Below, piece by piece: positions 10,365-20,828 of a DNA stretch of 64,000 nt (its first letter is position 1; every line of letters begins with the position of its first letter). The notes under the pieces were generated by a model. The model was not told the DNA's origin, searched no databases, and saw only the letters and a list, made by a program, of their open reading frames with translations. This stretch comes from an uncultured Geobacter sp. (GTDB lineage: Bacteria > Desulfobacterota > Desulfuromonadia > Geobacterales > Pseudopelobacteraceae), in the NCBI GenBank assembly GCA_964420435.1, contig CAYQTC010000007.1:70018-134017 (forward strand). The letters are read 5' to 3'. The position numbers were made by a program, and so were the translations under genes.

Positions 10365-10395
10365 AACGCCCTTCCGGATGATTCGGAAGGGCGTT
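10365..10395 (-). terminator. Rho-independent terminator after pyrG
   Basis: Perfect 12-bp stem AACGCCCTTCCG/CGGAAGGGCGTT with a 7-nt loop. On the minus strand it is followed by a T-rich tract (cgtgtcttgtttc). Confidence 0.6.
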
Positions 10396-10428
10396 GATAT
10401 TTGATCGCTGCCGTACAGGTGCATGCGA

Positions 10429-12054
10429 TTATTTTGCCGCTACGGACTTTTCTGTATTGCGATGCAGCAATGAGGCTCCGATAAAGGCTTTAAAGAGCGG
10501 ATGGGGAACCAGTGGCTTGGATTTGAACTCGGGATGGAACTGGCAGGCCAGAAACCATGGGTGGTCGGCGATCTCCACCACTTCAACCAGATCTTTTTCC
10601 TTGTACACTCCGGACAGGATCAGTCCGTTGGCTGTCAAGGTTTCCCGGTAAGCATTGTTGAATTCATAGCGGTGACGGTGGCGCTCGGATATTTCCATCT
10701 GATTGTAGGCCTGATGTGCGACAGTACCTTTGGAGATGGTGCAGGGATAGGCACCCAGTCGCATCGTTCCGCCTTTTTTGCTGACACTTTTCTGTTCTTC
10801 CATCAGATGTATGACCGGCTGGCCTCCGTCATGGCGGAATTCGCTGGAACAGGCATCTTCCAGGCCGCAGACATTGCGTGCATATTCAACCACTGCCATC
10901 TGCATTCCCAGACAGATGCCGAAAAACGGAATTTTATTGGTACGGGCATACTCGATAGCCATGACCTTGCCTTCGGTACCACGCTCACCGAAGCCGCCAG
11001 GCACCAGTATGCCGTCAACATCGTCAAGGTGCCCTTCAACTCCGTCACACTCGATTTTTTCGGAATCCAGGTATTTCAGATAAACACGGCAGTCGTTGGC
11101 AATGCCGCCGTGGGTAAGAGCTTCAGCCAGCGATTTATATGATTCTGTCAGGTTGACATATTTGCCGACAATCGCAATACGCACCTCGCCGTGACTTGGG
11201 TGGCGCAGTTTTTCCACAACATCCTGCCAGTGGGTAAGATCGGGGGCTTTTGTCCAGATATTAAGTTTTTCCACAACCTGATCATCAAGATGCTCTTTGT
11301 TAAGAGCCTGGGGAACAGCATAAATGTGTTCAGAATCAACAACCTGGATAACATCTTTTTCAGCGACGTTACAAAACAGACCGATTTTCTTTTTCATATC
11401 CGTAGGCAGATCACGTTCGCAGCGACAGAGCAGAATATCCGGTTGAATACCGATCTTGCGTAGTTCCATAACAGAATGCTGAGTCGGCTTGGTCTTCAAT
11501 TCGCCGGCTGTACGGATATAAGGGACCAGCGTAACATGAACATACAAAGCGTTGCCGTGGCCGCGGTCAAAACGGAACTGGCGGATTGCCTCAAGGAAAG
11601 GAAGTGACTCGATATCGCCGACTGTGCCGCCAACCTCAACAATAGCAACATCGGCACCCTTGGCGTTTTCAATAATTTTATGTTTTATCTCATCAGTGAT
11701 ATGAGGGATAACCTGGACAGTCCCGCCCAGATAGTCCCCGCGTCTTTCCTTTGTGATGACCGAAAAATAGACCTGTCCTGTTGTAAAATTACTTTTTTTG
11801 GAAAGCACTGCACTGGTATAGCGTTCATAATGTCCCAGGTCCAGATCGGTTTCAGCGCCGTCATCAGTAACAAAAACCTCACCGTGCTGAAATGGCGACA
11901 TTGTTCCCGGATCGACGTTTATGTACGGATCAAGTTTCTGCATGGTGACCCTCAAACCGCGGGCTTCCAGTAATGCGCCAAGAGATGCGGCTGCAAGGCC
12001 TTTACCGATGGAGGAAACAACACCGCCAGTAATAAAAATAAACTTCGTTTTCAT
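10429..12054 (-). CDS. pyrG: CTP synthase
   Basis: [20 protein letters not shown]-terminus and a glutamine amidotransferase domain with GICLGMQ. The ATG at 12054 has AGGAG at about -8. The ORF track start at 12081 is probably too long. Confidence 0.95.
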   Translation of the reverse strand: MKTKFIFITGGVVSSIGKGLAAASLGALLEARGLRVTMQKLDPYINVDPGTMSPFQHGEVFVTDDGAETDLDLGHYERYTSAVLSKKSNFTTGQVYFSVITKERRGDYLGGTVQVIPHITDEIKHKIIENAKGADVAIVEVGGTVGDIESLPFLEAIRQFRFDRGHGNALYVHVTLVPYIRTAGELKTKPTQHSVMELRKIGIQPDILLCRCERDLPTDMKKKIGLFCNVAEKDVIQVVDSEHIYAVPQALNKEHLDDQVVEKLNIWTKAPDLTHWQDVVEKLRHPSHGEVRIAIVGKYVNLTESYKSLAEALTHGGIANDCRVYLKYLDSEKIECDGVEGHLDDVDGILVPGGFGERGTEGKVMAIEYARTNKIPFFGICLGMQMAVVEYARNVCGLEDACSSEFRHDGGQPVIHLMEEQKSVSKKGGTMRLGAYPCTISKGTVAHQAYNQMEISERHRHRYEFNNAYRETLTANGLILSGVYKEKDLVEVVEIADHPWFLACQFHPEFKSKPLVPHPLFKAFIGASLLHRNTEKSVAAK

Positions 12055-12207
12055 ATCAATCGGCTCCTGTATATAAAACAATTTTTAAAATACCAGTAAA
12101 ATGCCGAACAAGCTCACACGAAGACGCAAACAGCGCAATCAAGTCAGCGAGGTTCAACAAGATCTGATTATATCGATGTGCCGGTTCTTATATTGACAAA
12201 ATATTGT

Positions 12208-12972
12208 TCAGACCGCTTGTTGACGGTAACGTTCCTGAGCCTTGGCCAGGTCGTCCGGTGTGTCCACACCGAGCGACTCGAATTCAGTTTCTATCACACG
12301 AATTCTAACGCCGTTTTCAACGGCCCGCAACTGTTCAAGCTTTTCAGATATTTCCAGAAACGTCGGCGGCATTGATGCAAATTTAAGCAGAAAATCACGA
12401 CGATATACGTATAAGCCGACATGCTTGTAACAAAGCAGCTTGCCGCAGCAGAAAGACTCATCCTTCAGATCCTTCCATTTGTCGCGAAAAAACGGCAGAG
12501 GAGAGCGGGAGAAATAAAGTGCGTAACCCTGATTATCTGTCACAACCTTGACCACATTGGGAGAAAGAAAATCGTGCAGACACTTTATGCGCGTCTTCAG
12601 AGTTCCCATCTGCAAAATGGCATCCTCCAGAAACGGTTGAATGGCCTGATCGATCATATCCTGACAGATCAAGGGCTCATCTCCCTGGACATTGACGATG
12701 ACATCCGAATCGAGACCCAGCGCGACCTCTGCCAGACGATCTGTTCCGGTTTCATGGTTTGCGGATGTCATGATAACTTCACCGCCGATCAGTTTGACCG
12801 CATCGGCAATACGCGGGTCATCGGTCGCCACAATGGTACGTGAAACCAGTTTTGCCCGGGAAGTACGCTCATAAACGTGCTGGATCATCGGCTTGCCGCC
12901 GATTTCAGCCAATGCTTTGCCGGGAAAACGTGTCGAGGCAAAACGGGCGGGTATTACCGCTGTAATTTTCAT
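12208..12972 (-). CDS. kdsB: 3-deoxy-manno-octulosonate cytidylyltransferase (CMP-KDO synthetase)
   Basis: [33 protein letters not shown]... and VNVQGDEP motifs. The ATG at 12972 is preferred over the TTG at 12981. Confidence 0.92.
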   Translation of the reverse strand: MKITAVIPARFASTRFPGKALAEIGGKPMIQHVYERTSRAKLVSRTIVATDDPRIADAVKLIGGEVIMTSANHETGTDRLAEVALGLDSDVIVNVQGDEPLICQDMIDQAIQPFLEDAILQMGTLKTRIKCLHDFLSPNVVKVVTDNQGYALYFSRSPLPFFRDKWKDLKDESFCCGKLLCYKHVGLYVYRRDFLLKFASMPPTFLEISEKLEQLRAVENGVRIRVIETEFESLGVDTPDDLAKAQERYRQQAV

Positions 12973-13086
12973 GCCGATCAACCTTGTTTAACGGGGATAA
13001 TTGATGTGTCTGATGTCCTGTGGTAGGACGTGATAAGCTACCTTAAAAGCTTCGGGGTGTCAAGGCACGAACTGTCTGTACCTTCT

Positions 13087-13692
13087 TCAGACGACTCTGC
13101 TGAAAATCTTGAATATGGTTTCTGTCGTACTGCTGTCATTCGGAGAAGTGTCTTTTCGCTGACTGCTGCAGGTTACCGCTTTAAGGATCTTTGAATGGGC
13201 AAAATCAAGTTCTACTTTGGCGTTTTCAAGTTCTGTGGTTCTGGCAGCAAGTGCCTCTTCCAATCCGGCACTACGACTTTTCTCCATTCGCTGCTGTTTG
13301 CTATGACAGACCGCTTTATCCACAACACTTCTCAGCAGGTCCATATCGAACGGCTTCTGAATAAAATCGAAAGCACCGTTTTTAATTGCATCTATCGCCA
13401 TCTGAAGCTGAGCGTAAGCAGTCATCAACACCACCGGTGTTTCAGGATACTCCTGATGGATCATTGTCAAAAGACTGATACCATCTTCTCCGGGCATCTT
13501 TACGTCAGTGACAACGGCATCATAATGCTCTTTTTTAAGTAAAATTCGGGCAGATTCCGTGCTATCGGCGGAATTGACAACATAGCCTGCGTCCTGAAGG
13601 ACCAAAGTCACTACCTGACGGATGTCTGCTTCGTCATCAACAATCAATATACGCGGTTTGGCATTAAGTGCAGACTTTGTAGTAGTTTGCAT
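13087..13692 (-). CDS. Response regulator: receiver domain with a C-terminal coiled-coil tail and no DNA-binding domain
   Basis: CheY-like ILIVDDE...DVKMPGEDG...K motif set. The start at M11 (13692) avoids overlap with the upstream gene. Confidence 0.8.
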   Translation of the reverse strand: MQTTTKSALNAKPRILIVDDEADIRQVVTLVLQDAGYVVNSADSTESARILLKKEHYDAVVTDVKMPGEDGISLLTMIHQEYPETPVVLMTAYAQLQMAIDAIKNGAFDFIQKPFDMDLLRSVVDKAVCHSKQQRMEKSRSAGLEEALAARTTELENAKVELDFAHSKILKAVTCSSQRKDTSPNDSSTTETIFKIFSRVV

Positions 13693-13705
13693 GTTTTTAT
13701 TTGTA

Positions 13706-14182
13706 TCAGTGTTTGAAATCATTTATTGTCGATATGACATAATCCTTCTGGGCTGCGTCTTTTAGATGACACTCAAAGCAGTTTTTTACCGGATCTATTC
13801 CGCTTGGTTTGCCATCAGCGCCATAACCTGCAAAAAGCCACCCGCCGGTTTCTGTCCGCCGTTTATCCTTCTGCATCAGAACAACCATATTCTTGGGGCC
13901 GTCAACGGCAGGGTTTTCCTTTATGTTGAAAAACTCGACCACGATCCGGCTTCCTTCGGGAAATCTGTTACCGGCTTTGTAACCCTGCATGGCCTTTTTG
14001 TCGGCATAAATGTAATGAATGCCGTAAAAGAGCGATTTCTTATCAGTAACGACCTTCCTGTCACTTTTCTGCCAACTATTATAGCCTTTTGGCACTGTTG
14101 GTGATGCGGCAAATACAGCCACTGATTTAAACGAAATCAAAACTGCCAGACACAACAAAGCTGCTCTCATGTATAACCTCAC
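13706..14182 (-). CDS. Cytochrome P460-family periplasmic haem protein (tentative)
   Basis: 158 aa with a signal peptide and a single C-terminal CXXCH site (CFECH). Size and layout resemble the P460 family. Confidence 0.55.
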   Translation of the reverse strand: MRLYMRAALLCLAVLISFKSVAVFAASPTVPKGYNSWQKSDRKVVTDKKSLFYGIHYIYADKKAMQGYKAGNRFPEGSRIVVEFFNIKENPAVDGPKNMVVLMQKDKRRTETGGWLFAGYGADGKPSGIDPVKNCFECHLKDAAQKDYVISTINDFKH

Positions 14183-14364
14183 TCTGTATTTTTGGATACT
14201 ATAGCAACACTTTTATTCCTTGTCACTACTAGCCGTTCGATAAAATACCCCAGTTAAGCACTTCGGTACAAACATGTATACGTACAAACAGGTAATTATT
14301 GACCTTGGAGCACCAAGTAGAGTAGTTTGTCGGCTGTAACTGAAAATAAGAGGTGAAACTTACT

Positions 14365-14832
14365 ATGCAGCGCCCATCCTGGGATCAGTATTTCATGGAC
14401 ATCACCCGATTGGTGGCAAACCGTACTACCTGCCTGCGCAGACAAGTCGGTGCGATTCTGGTCAAAGACCGCAATATTTTGGCCACCGGTTACAATGGCG
14501 TACCTTCGGGAATCAGCCACTGCGATGTCGCCGGTTGCCTGCGAGAAAAACTCAAGGTTCCTTCCGGCGAGCGCCATGAACTGTGTCGCGGACTGCATGC
14601 CGAACAGAACGCCATCATCCAGGCTGCCCGACACGGGGTCAACATAGACGGTTCAACACTGTACTGCACGACAATGCCCTGCATCATCTGCACAAAAATG
14701 CTGATCAATGCCGGCATCACCAGAGTTGTTTACGGCGAAGGGTATGCCGACGACCTGGCCCGCGAGATGATCAGTGAAACCGGCATAAAAGTCATCCACT
14801 TCACTCCCGACACACCGGGGCAGACTGAATGA
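14365..14832 (+). CDS. dCMP deaminase (ComEB/cytidine-deoxycytidylate deaminase family)
   Basis: Zinc motifs HAEQNAI and [14 protein letters not shown]. The ATG at 14365 has AAGAGG upstream. Confidence 0.88.
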   Translation: MQRPSWDQYFMDITRLVANRTTCLRRQVGAILVKDRNILATGYNGVPSGISHCDVAGCLREKLKVPSGERHELCRGLHAEQNAIIQAARHGVNIDGSTLYCTTMPCIICTKMLINAGITRVVYGEGYADDLAREMISETGIKVIHFTPDTPGQTE

Positions 14833-15281
14833 AATGCCCCTTCTGCAATAATCTGGACAGCAAGGTTGTTGACTCGCGCCCCGACAAAGGCGGTTCCGCA
14901 ATCAGACGTCGCCGCGAATGTGAACAGTGCTCCAAGCGTTTCACTACTCATGAACGTATCGAAGAGATGCTCCCGCAGGTTTGCAAGAAGGACGGGCGAC
15001 GGGAGCCTTTCGACCGAATCAAGATCATCAACGGGATAGTCAAGGCCTGTGAAAAGCGTCCTATTTCCAAAACGGACATCGAACTGGTGGTCGACCGCCT
15101 CGAAGCAAGGCTTCAGGAGTCAACCGAACGTGAAATTTCAACCACTACCATTGGTGAATGGGTAATGAAAGAACTTCATGGCATGGACGAGGTTGCCTAT
15201 GTCAGATTCGCGTCAGTTTATCGCTCTTTCAGAGACATCAGTGAATTTATGCAGGAATTACAGGAACTGCTGAAGAAATGA
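14829..15281 (+). CDS. nrdR: Transcriptional repressor NrdR
   Basis: [17 protein letters not shown] zinc ribbon plus an ATP-cone domain. ATGA overlap with the upstream gene. Confidence 0.95.
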   Translation: MKCPFCNNLDSKVVDSRPDKGGSAIRRRRECEQCSKRFTTHERIEEMLPQVCKKDGRREPFDRIKIINGIVKACEKRPISKTDIELVVDRLEARLQESTEREISTTTIGEWVMKELHGMDEVAYVRFASVYRSFRDISEFMQELQELLKK

Positions 15282-16387
15282 TTTCCAGCGATTTTAAATA
15301 TATGAAGCGTGCATTGACTCTGGCCCGCAAGGGGGTCGGAAAAACGTCCCCAAATCCTGCAGTCGGATGCGTTATAGTGAATAATGGAGTTGTAGTCGGT
15401 GAAGGATGGCACAAACGAGCCGGCGGACATCACGCTGAAGTTCATGCCCTGCTGATGGCCGGCGATTCGGCCCGTGGTGCGGATGTGTACGTCACTCTGG
15501 AGCCATGCAGCCATACCGGCAAAACCCCTCCCTGCTGCGACGCCCTTATCAAAGCCGGTGTAAAACGTGTGGTAGCTGGTATGAGTGACCCAAACCCCTT
15601 TGTCAACGGCAAAGGATTCAAGTCGCTTGAACTGGCCGGCATCCAGACATCCTGCGGAGTACAGGAAGACGAGTGTCGTTCTCTGAATCGATTTTTCATA
15701 AAACATGTAACCACCGGACTGCCGTTTGTCACCTTCAAATGCGCAATGACCTTGGATGGGAAAATTGCCTCCGCAACCGGAGAATCCAGGTGGATAAGCG
15801 GAGAGAAGTCACGGCTTTTTGTTCACAAAATGCGTGCTGAAAATGATGCCATAATGGTTGGTGTCGACACAGTCATTGCAGACAATCCGCTGCTGACAGT
15901 CCGTCACGTCAAAGGAAAGAATCCGCTCCGGATCATCGTCGACACACATTTGAGGACTCCGGAAAGTGCAGCTGTACTTGAATGCGGAACAGCATTGAAT
16001 ACCTTTATCGCTACCACCGAGAGCGACATTTTATCACACCAGCGCTATACCAGGATGGGAGCAAACATTATCGTCTGCGAAGAATATGATGGTCGGGTGT
16101 CCATGCCTGATCTGCTCGGAAAACTTGGCGGCATGGGTGTACAATCGATCCTGATTGAAGGCGGCAGCCGTCTGGCCGGTGACATGCTCACTAAAGGGTT
16201 GATAGATGAATTTGCTGTTTTTATTGCCCCCAAAATCATTGGAAGCGACGGTCTTTCACCGTTTACCATGACCGGTATCACCAGTATGGACAAAGCGGTT
16301 AGACTTAAATTCGGCCATATCACTCAAATAGGGCAGGACGTATTAGTCCATGCCTATCCGGAAAGAACCGCATGTTCACAGGTCTGA
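15278..16387 (+). CDS. ribD: Bifunctional riboflavin biosynthesis protein RibD (deaminase/reductase)
   Basis: HAEVHAL and [11 protein letters not shown] deaminase motifs plus a C-terminal reductase domain. ATGA overlap with nrdR. Confidence 0.93.
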   Translation: MISSDFKYMKRALTLARKGVGKTSPNPAVGCVIVNNGVVVGEGWHKRAGGHHAEVHALLMAGDSARGADVYVTLEPCSHTGKTPPCCDALIKAGVKRVVAGMSDPNPFVNGKGFKSLELAGIQTSCGVQEDECRSLNRFFIKHVTTGLPFVTFKCAMTLDGKIASATGESRWISGEKSRLFVHKMRAENDAIMVGVDTVIADNPLLTVRHVKGKNPLRIIVDTHLRTPESAAVLECGTALNTFIATTESDILSHQRYTRMGANIIVCEEYDGRVSMPDLLGKLGGMGVQSILIEGGSRLAGDMLTKGLIDEFAVFIAPKIIGSDGLSPFTMTGITSMDKAVRLKFGHITQIGQDVLVHAYPERTACSQV

Positions 16388-17013
16388 TAGAAAACACAGG
16401 ACGGGTCGGCGCTTTTATCCGTCGCGGTGAAGCCGGTCTGCTGACCGTTGAGAGTCAGCTACCAACGGCTGAGATTGCCATAGGGGACTCAGTATCGGTC
16501 AACGGCGCCTGCCTGACTGTCACTGAAAAAGGCAGCAGTACCCTGACTTTTGACGTGTCTCCCGAAAGCATCACCCGCACTACTATCGGAAAACTGCGCA
16601 GCGGAAGCCGGGTCAATCTGGAGCGCGCCCTGAAGCTGGGAGACCGGCTTGGCGGTCACATCGTCAGTGGTCACATCGACTGCTGCGGTCAATTGTCCAG
16701 AAGCGAAGTTCGCTCAGGCAACCAACTTCTGCAATTCACGCTGCCTGCCGAACATGTTCGCTATCTGGTGGAGAAAGGCTCTGTCGCGATTGACGGAATC
16801 AGCCTTACTGTCAACTCGGTTACACGTGACGGATTTTCAGTTAATATCATCCCGCACACTATGGTCAGTACGACTCTTGAGCATATACGCACCGGCGATG
16901 CGGTTAACATCGAGACTGATATTATTGGTAAATATGTAGAGAAACTGACTGTTCCCTGGAAAACCGGTGGGAATTTAAGCATGAAAACACTGGCTGAGAA
17001 TGGATTTCTATAA
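16372..17013 (+). CDS. ribE: Riboflavin synthase
   Basis: MFTGLIE N-terminus and an internally duplicated lumazine-binding barrel (SVNGACLTV / AIDGISLTV). Confidence 0.93.
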   Translation: MFTGLIENTGRVGAFIRRGEAGLLTVESQLPTAEIAIGDSVSVNGACLTVTEKGSSTLTFDVSPESITRTTIGKLRSGSRVNLERALKLGDRLGGHIVSGHIDCCGQLSRSEVRSGNQLLQFTLPAEHVRYLVEKGSVAIDGISLTVNSVTRDGFSVNIIPHTMVSTTLEHIRTGDAVNIETDIIGKYVEKLTVPWKTGGNLSMKTLAENGFL

Positions 17014-17028
17014 AATGAAAGGTACCCC

Positions 17029-18234
17029 ATGTCCGTATCAACGATAGAAGAAGCAATTGAGGATATCCGCCAGGGAAAAATGGTCATCCTGGTAGATGAT
17101 GAAGACCGTGAGAATGAGGGCGATCTGACCCTGGCAGCCGAAGCTGCGACACCAGAAAACATCAACTTCATGGCCAAGCATGGACGCGGACTGATCTGTC
17201 TGACACTGACCGCTGACAGGTGTGACGAACTGGGGCTGCGGCCGATGGTGAGAGACAACACCTCCCCTTTCGAAACCGCCTTCACGATCTCGATCGAAGC
17301 CAAACATGGCGTTACAACCGGAATTTCTGCCGCTGACCGTGCACACACGATCGTAACAGCAGTTGCCGACGGCGCCAGCGCAAATGATCTGGTCAGTCCC
17401 GGCCACATTTTCCCTTTGCGGGCCAGAAAAGGCGGCGTCCTGGTTCGCTCAGGCCAGACCGAAGGTTCGGTTGACCTGGCACGACTGGCCGGACTTAAAC
17501 CGGCCGGTGTGATCTGCGAAATAATGAACGATGACGGCAGCATGGCACGCATGCCTGAATTGAAGATTTTTGCCAAAAAGCATGGCATCAAGATCTGCAC
17601 AATTGCAGACCTGGTAGCCTACAGACTTAAAAACGAGCGCCTGGTACGTACTGTAGCAGAAGCCCACCTCCCCTCTACTTTCGGCGGAGATTGGCGTGCG
17701 ATCGCGTTCGAAAACGACATCGACAAGCTGGAGCATATTGCACTGGTTAAGGGCGATATTAAAAAGGGTGAGCCTGTGCTGGTGAGGGTTCATTCAGAAT
17801 GCTTGACCGGAGACGTACTAGGGAGTCAGCGCTGTGACTGCGGAGAACAGCTGCACCGCGCCATGGAGCAGATTGCAGCAGCAGGGTCCGGCGTAATCCT
17901 GTACATGCGCCAGGAAGGTCGCGGAATCGGCCTGATCAACAAGCTGAAAGCTTATGAGCTGCAGGACAAGGGTCGCGACACGGTCGAAGCCAACCTTGAG
18001 CTGGGCTTCAAAGCCGACCTTCGTGATTACGGCATCGGCGCCCAGATACTGCTGGCCCTTGGAATAACGAAGATGCGGCTGCTGACCAACAACCCCAAAA
18101 AATTGGTCGGCCTGCAGGGTTATGGAATCGATATTGTGGAACGCCTGGCGATTGAAGCAGAGGCTACTGACAGAAACCGTGATTACCTGGCGACCAAACG
18201 TGAAAAAATGGGGCATCTTTTAGAGAACCTGTGA
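17029..18234 (+). CDS. ribBA: Bifunctional 3,4-dihydroxy-2-butanone-4-phosphate synthase / GTP cyclohydrolase II
   Basis: [11 protein letters not shown] (DHBP synthase) and [21 protein letters not shown] (GTP cyclohydrolase II) motifs. Confidence 0.95.
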   Translation: MSVSTIEEAIEDIRQGKMVILVDDEDRENEGDLTLAAEAATPENINFMAKHGRGLICLTLTADRCDELGLRPMVRDNTSPFETAFTISIEAKHGVTTGISAADRAHTIVTAVADGASANDLVSPGHIFPLRARKGGVLVRSGQTEGSVDLARLAGLKPAGVICEIMNDDGSMARMPELKIFAKKHGIKICTIADLVAYRLKNERLVRTVAEAHLPSTFGGDWRAIAFENDIDKLEHIALVKGDIKKGEPVLVRVHSECLTGDVLGSQRCDCGEQLHRAMEQIAAAGSGVILYMRQEGRGIGLINKLKAYELQDKGRDTVEANLELGFKADLRDYGIGAQILLALGITKMRLLTNNPKKLVGLQGYGIDIVERLAIEAEATDRNRDYLATKREKMGHLLENL

Positions 18235-18776
18235 TGCGTATTCTCCTTCATACCTGTTGCGGCCCCTGCGCCCTTTATCCCCTGAGAACCCTTCGAACAG
18301 CCGGTCACGACGTGACCGGCTTCTTTTACAACCACAACATTCACCCCAGCCAGGAGTATCTTAGACGCCGCGATACCGTTCTGCAGATGGCCGAACTGGA
18401 AGCACTGCCGATGATCATGCGCGACGAATATGATCTGGAACGATTCCTGGCCAACGTCGCCCAGCAGCCGGACAAACGTTGCAGCTACTGTTACTCATCG
18501 CGCCTTCGCGCTACAGCAGAGGTTGCAGCAGCAGAAGGGTTCGAAGCCTTCAGTGCCTCCCTGCTCTACAGCAGGTACCAAAAGCACGATGAGATCAGAG
18601 AGTTGGGCGAACAGATCGGCAGAGAGTATGGAGTGGATTTTTATTATCAGGACTTCCGCCCCGGATGGCAGGAAGGCATCAGGCTTTCCAAGGAGCTAGG
18701 ACTGTACCGGCAGCAGTACTGCGGCTGCATCTATAGCGAAAAGGAACGCTACCTTCCGAAAGCGGAAAAATCATGA
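18231..18776 (+). CDS. queH: Epoxyqueuosine reductase QueH (DUF208)
   Basis: [18 protein letters not shown] and YCGCIYSE cysteine motifs. 4-nt overlap with ribBA. Confidence 0.85.
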   Translation: MMRILLHTCCGPCALYPLRTLRTAGHDVTGFFYNHNIHPSQEYLRRRDTVLQMAELEALPMIMRDEYDLERFLANVAQQPDKRCSYCYSSRLRATAEVAAAEGFEAFSASLLYSRYQKHDEIRELGEQIGREYGVDFYYQDFRPGWQEGIRLSKELGLYRQQYCGCIYSEKERYLPKAEKS

Positions 18777-18988
18777 ACGGATTGGGGCGACCGCTGATCA
18801 TTCTAGGGCTGCTGCTGGTCGCTATCGGCCTGATGATCTCTTTAGCCCCCAAACTCCCAACCTGGCTCGGCAGGCTGCCAGGCGACATCTCCATCAAACG
18901 CGAAAACTTCAGCTTTCACTTCCCGGTTGTAACCTGCCTGATCATATCGGCCATCCTATCGTTCATTTTGTGGCTGTTTAAAAAATAA
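18773..18988 (+). CDS. DUF2905 small membrane protein
   Basis: 71 aa with two TM helices flanking GRLPGDISIKRENFSFHFP. 4-nt overlap with queH. Confidence 0.75.
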   Translation: MNGLGRPLIILGLLLVAIGLMISLAPKLPTWLGRLPGDISIKRENFSFHFPVVTCLIISAILSFILWLFKK

Positions 18989-19029
18989 TATTCCTGCAAA
19001 ACCATTCTTTATAAAACAAGCAGAAACGT

Positions 19030-19058
19030 AAAAAGCCCGTGTCTCCACGGGCTTTTCA
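19030..19058. terminator. Bidirectional rho-independent terminator
   Basis: Stem AGCCCGTG/CACGGGCT (19034-19053) is flanked by an A-run on the left and a T-run on the right. It lies between the convergent DUF2905 gene and the ferredoxin gene. Confidence 0.7.
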
Positions 19059-19081
19059 TTTCCAGTTTGCATCAATGCTTA

Positions 19082-19249
19082 TTAGGCATGAATTGCATTT
19101 ACGGGACAGGTATCTACGCATGCGCCACAGTCGATGCAGGTATCGGCGTCGATAACACGCTTGCCACCCTGCTCGCTGATGGAGTTAACAGGACAGGAAT
19201 CCTCACATGCTGCACAGTTTGTGCAATCGTCAGTAATTGTATGGGCCAC
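19082..19249 (-). CDS. 2x[4Fe-4S] ferredoxin (55 aa; below the ORF-track size cut-off)
   Basis: Hand translation of the minus strand gives (GTG)AHTITDDCTNCAACEDSCPVNSISEQGGKRVIDADTCIDCGACVDTCPVNAIHA*. It has two CxxCxxCxxxCP motifs and GGAGGTG just upstream of the start. Confidence 0.85.
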   Translation of the reverse strand: MAHTITDDCTNCAACEDSCPVNSISEQGGKRVIDADTCIDCGACVDTCPVNAIHA

Positions 19250-19370
19250 AGTTTCACCTCCTTATAAGATTAGCTAACCTGAGCGGAAAGCGAATCTGAT
19301 GTACCATACTGATTTTCAAATGTCCAGCAAAGAAATCAGCGTTCGCCAAAACTGTTTACACTAAATTTTG

Positions 19371-19399
19371 TTGAATTCATTTCATGTCTCGTGTATATA
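19371..19399 (+). promoter_or_regulatory. Candidate sigma-70 promoter for ackA
   Basis: TTGAAT (19371-19376), then a 17-nt spacer ending in TG, then TATATA (19394-19399). It lies about 95 nt upstream of the ackA ATG. Confidence 0.4.
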
Positions 19400-19494
19400 T
19401 CAAAAACAGTTCTATTTTAGATGTTTATTTTAGTCTGGATGTTTCATTTTTATTGATATTATAACTAAATCTCTGTTTATTTGGAGGAATCACA

Positions 19495-20760
19495 ATGATT
19501 ATTATGGCATTAAACTGCGGCAGTTCATCAGTTAAATACCAGCTGTTCAATTGGGAGACAAAAACTGTCGTAGCCAAGGGAATGGTTGAACGGGTTATAA
19601 TCGGCGATTCATTTATCATGCACGAAGTACCGGGTAAGGAAACGTATCACCTCCAGCAGGACTGTGCCAACCATCAGGCCGCAATAGATCTGCTTATCAA
19701 AACAGTTACAGACCCGGTGCATGGTGTACTGAAAAATGTTGATGAGATTTCTGCTGTCGGACACCGGGTGGTGCACGGCGGTGAAAAGTTCACCTGTTCA
19801 GTTATGATCGACGATCATGTTCTGAATGCGGTGAAAGAAGTTCAGCACCTGGCACCGCTTCATAATCCTCCAAACATTGAAGGAATAGAAGCCGCACAAA
19901 CTCTGATGCCCACAATCCCGCATGTGGCCATATTTGACACGGCGTTCCACCAGACCATGCCAGAGCACGCCTATATCTATCCCCTGCCCTACGAATGGTA
20001 TGAGAACCACCAGGTAAGACGATACGGTTTTCACGGCACCTCGCATCTGTACGTTTCCAAACGTGCCGCCGCCATTCTCGGCAAAAGCTCTAAAGACACC
20101 AATATAATCACGATGCACATAGGAAACGGTGTATCTCACTGTGCGATCAAAAACGGCATTTCAGTTGACACCACGATGGGCTTGACGCCTCTGGAAGGCG
20201 CTGTAATGGGAACCCGCTGCGGAGATATCGATCCAGCCATCCCCGCCTTCATGATGCAGAAGGAAAACCTTTCCGCCAAGGAAATTGACAGCATCCTCAA
20301 CAAGAAGAGCGGTGTTCTGGGGGTAACCGGTCGCTTCACCGACCGTCGCGACGTTATAGAAAATGCCGTGGCCGGCGACAAACGCTGCCAGCTTTCACTT
20401 GAAATAGAAGCATATCGCCTGAAGAAATATATCGGTGCCTTCATGGCAGCGGTAGGCAAGCTGGATGCGGTTGTCTTCACCGCCGGCGTGGGTGAAATGG
20501 GGGCACTGATCCGCGAGAAGGCCATTGAGGGGCTTGATCACATAGGCATAGTACTTGATCGCGAACGCAACAACAAGGCCATGACCCGCAAGCGTGAAAG
20601 CCTTATCACCACCGACGACTCACCGGTGAAGGTTTATGTCATTCCGACCGACGAAGAACTGGTTTTCACAGAAGACGTGGTTGCCATACTGAACGGCACC
20701 TATACCGATCATATGCAATTTGAATACTCATTTGCCAGACCCGATTTCGTACGATCATAG
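19495..20760 (+). CDS. ackA: Acetate kinase
   Basis: ALNCGSSSVKYQLF N-terminus and HRVVHGG and GFHGTSH motifs. GGAGG lies 7 nt upstream of the ATG. Confidence 0.95.
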   Translation: MIIMALNCGSSSVKYQLFNWETKTVVAKGMVERVIIGDSFIMHEVPGKETYHLQQDCANHQAAIDLLIKTVTDPVHGVLKNVDEISAVGHRVVHGGEKFTCSVMIDDHVLNAVKEVQHLAPLHNPPNIEGIEAAQTLMPTIPHVAIFDTAFHQTMPEHAYIYPLPYEWYENHQVRRYGFHGTSHLYVSKRAAAILGKSSKDTNIITMHIGNGVSHCAIKNGISVDTTMGLTPLEGAVMGTRCGDIDPAIPAFMMQKENLSAKEIDSILNKKSGVLGVTGRFTDRRDVIENAVAGDKRCQLSLEIEAYRLKKYIGAFMAAVGKLDAVVFTAGVGEMGALIREKAIEGLDHIGIVLDRERNNKAMTRKRESLITTDDSPVKVYVIPTDEELVFTEDVVAILNGTYTDHMQFEYSFARPDFVRS

Positions 20761-20779
20761 ACCGCTTTATTCAAACTAT

Positions 20780-20822
20780 CCTACAAAAAAGCCGACATTG
20801 CTGTGTCGGCTTTTTTGTAGGA
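20780..20822. terminator. Bidirectional rho-independent terminator between ackA and truD
   Basis: cctacAAAAAAGCCGACAttgctgTGTCGGCTTTTTTgtagg is a perfect palindrome with A and T runs on both sides. Confidence 0.8.
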
Positions 20823-20828
20823 TAAATG

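Noticed and set aside
19067-19267. Plus-strand 66-aa ORF from the track.
   Set aside because: The minus strand encodes a canonical 2x[4Fe-4S] ferredoxin with an RBS. The plus-strand ORF is its Cys/Gly-rich mirror artefact.
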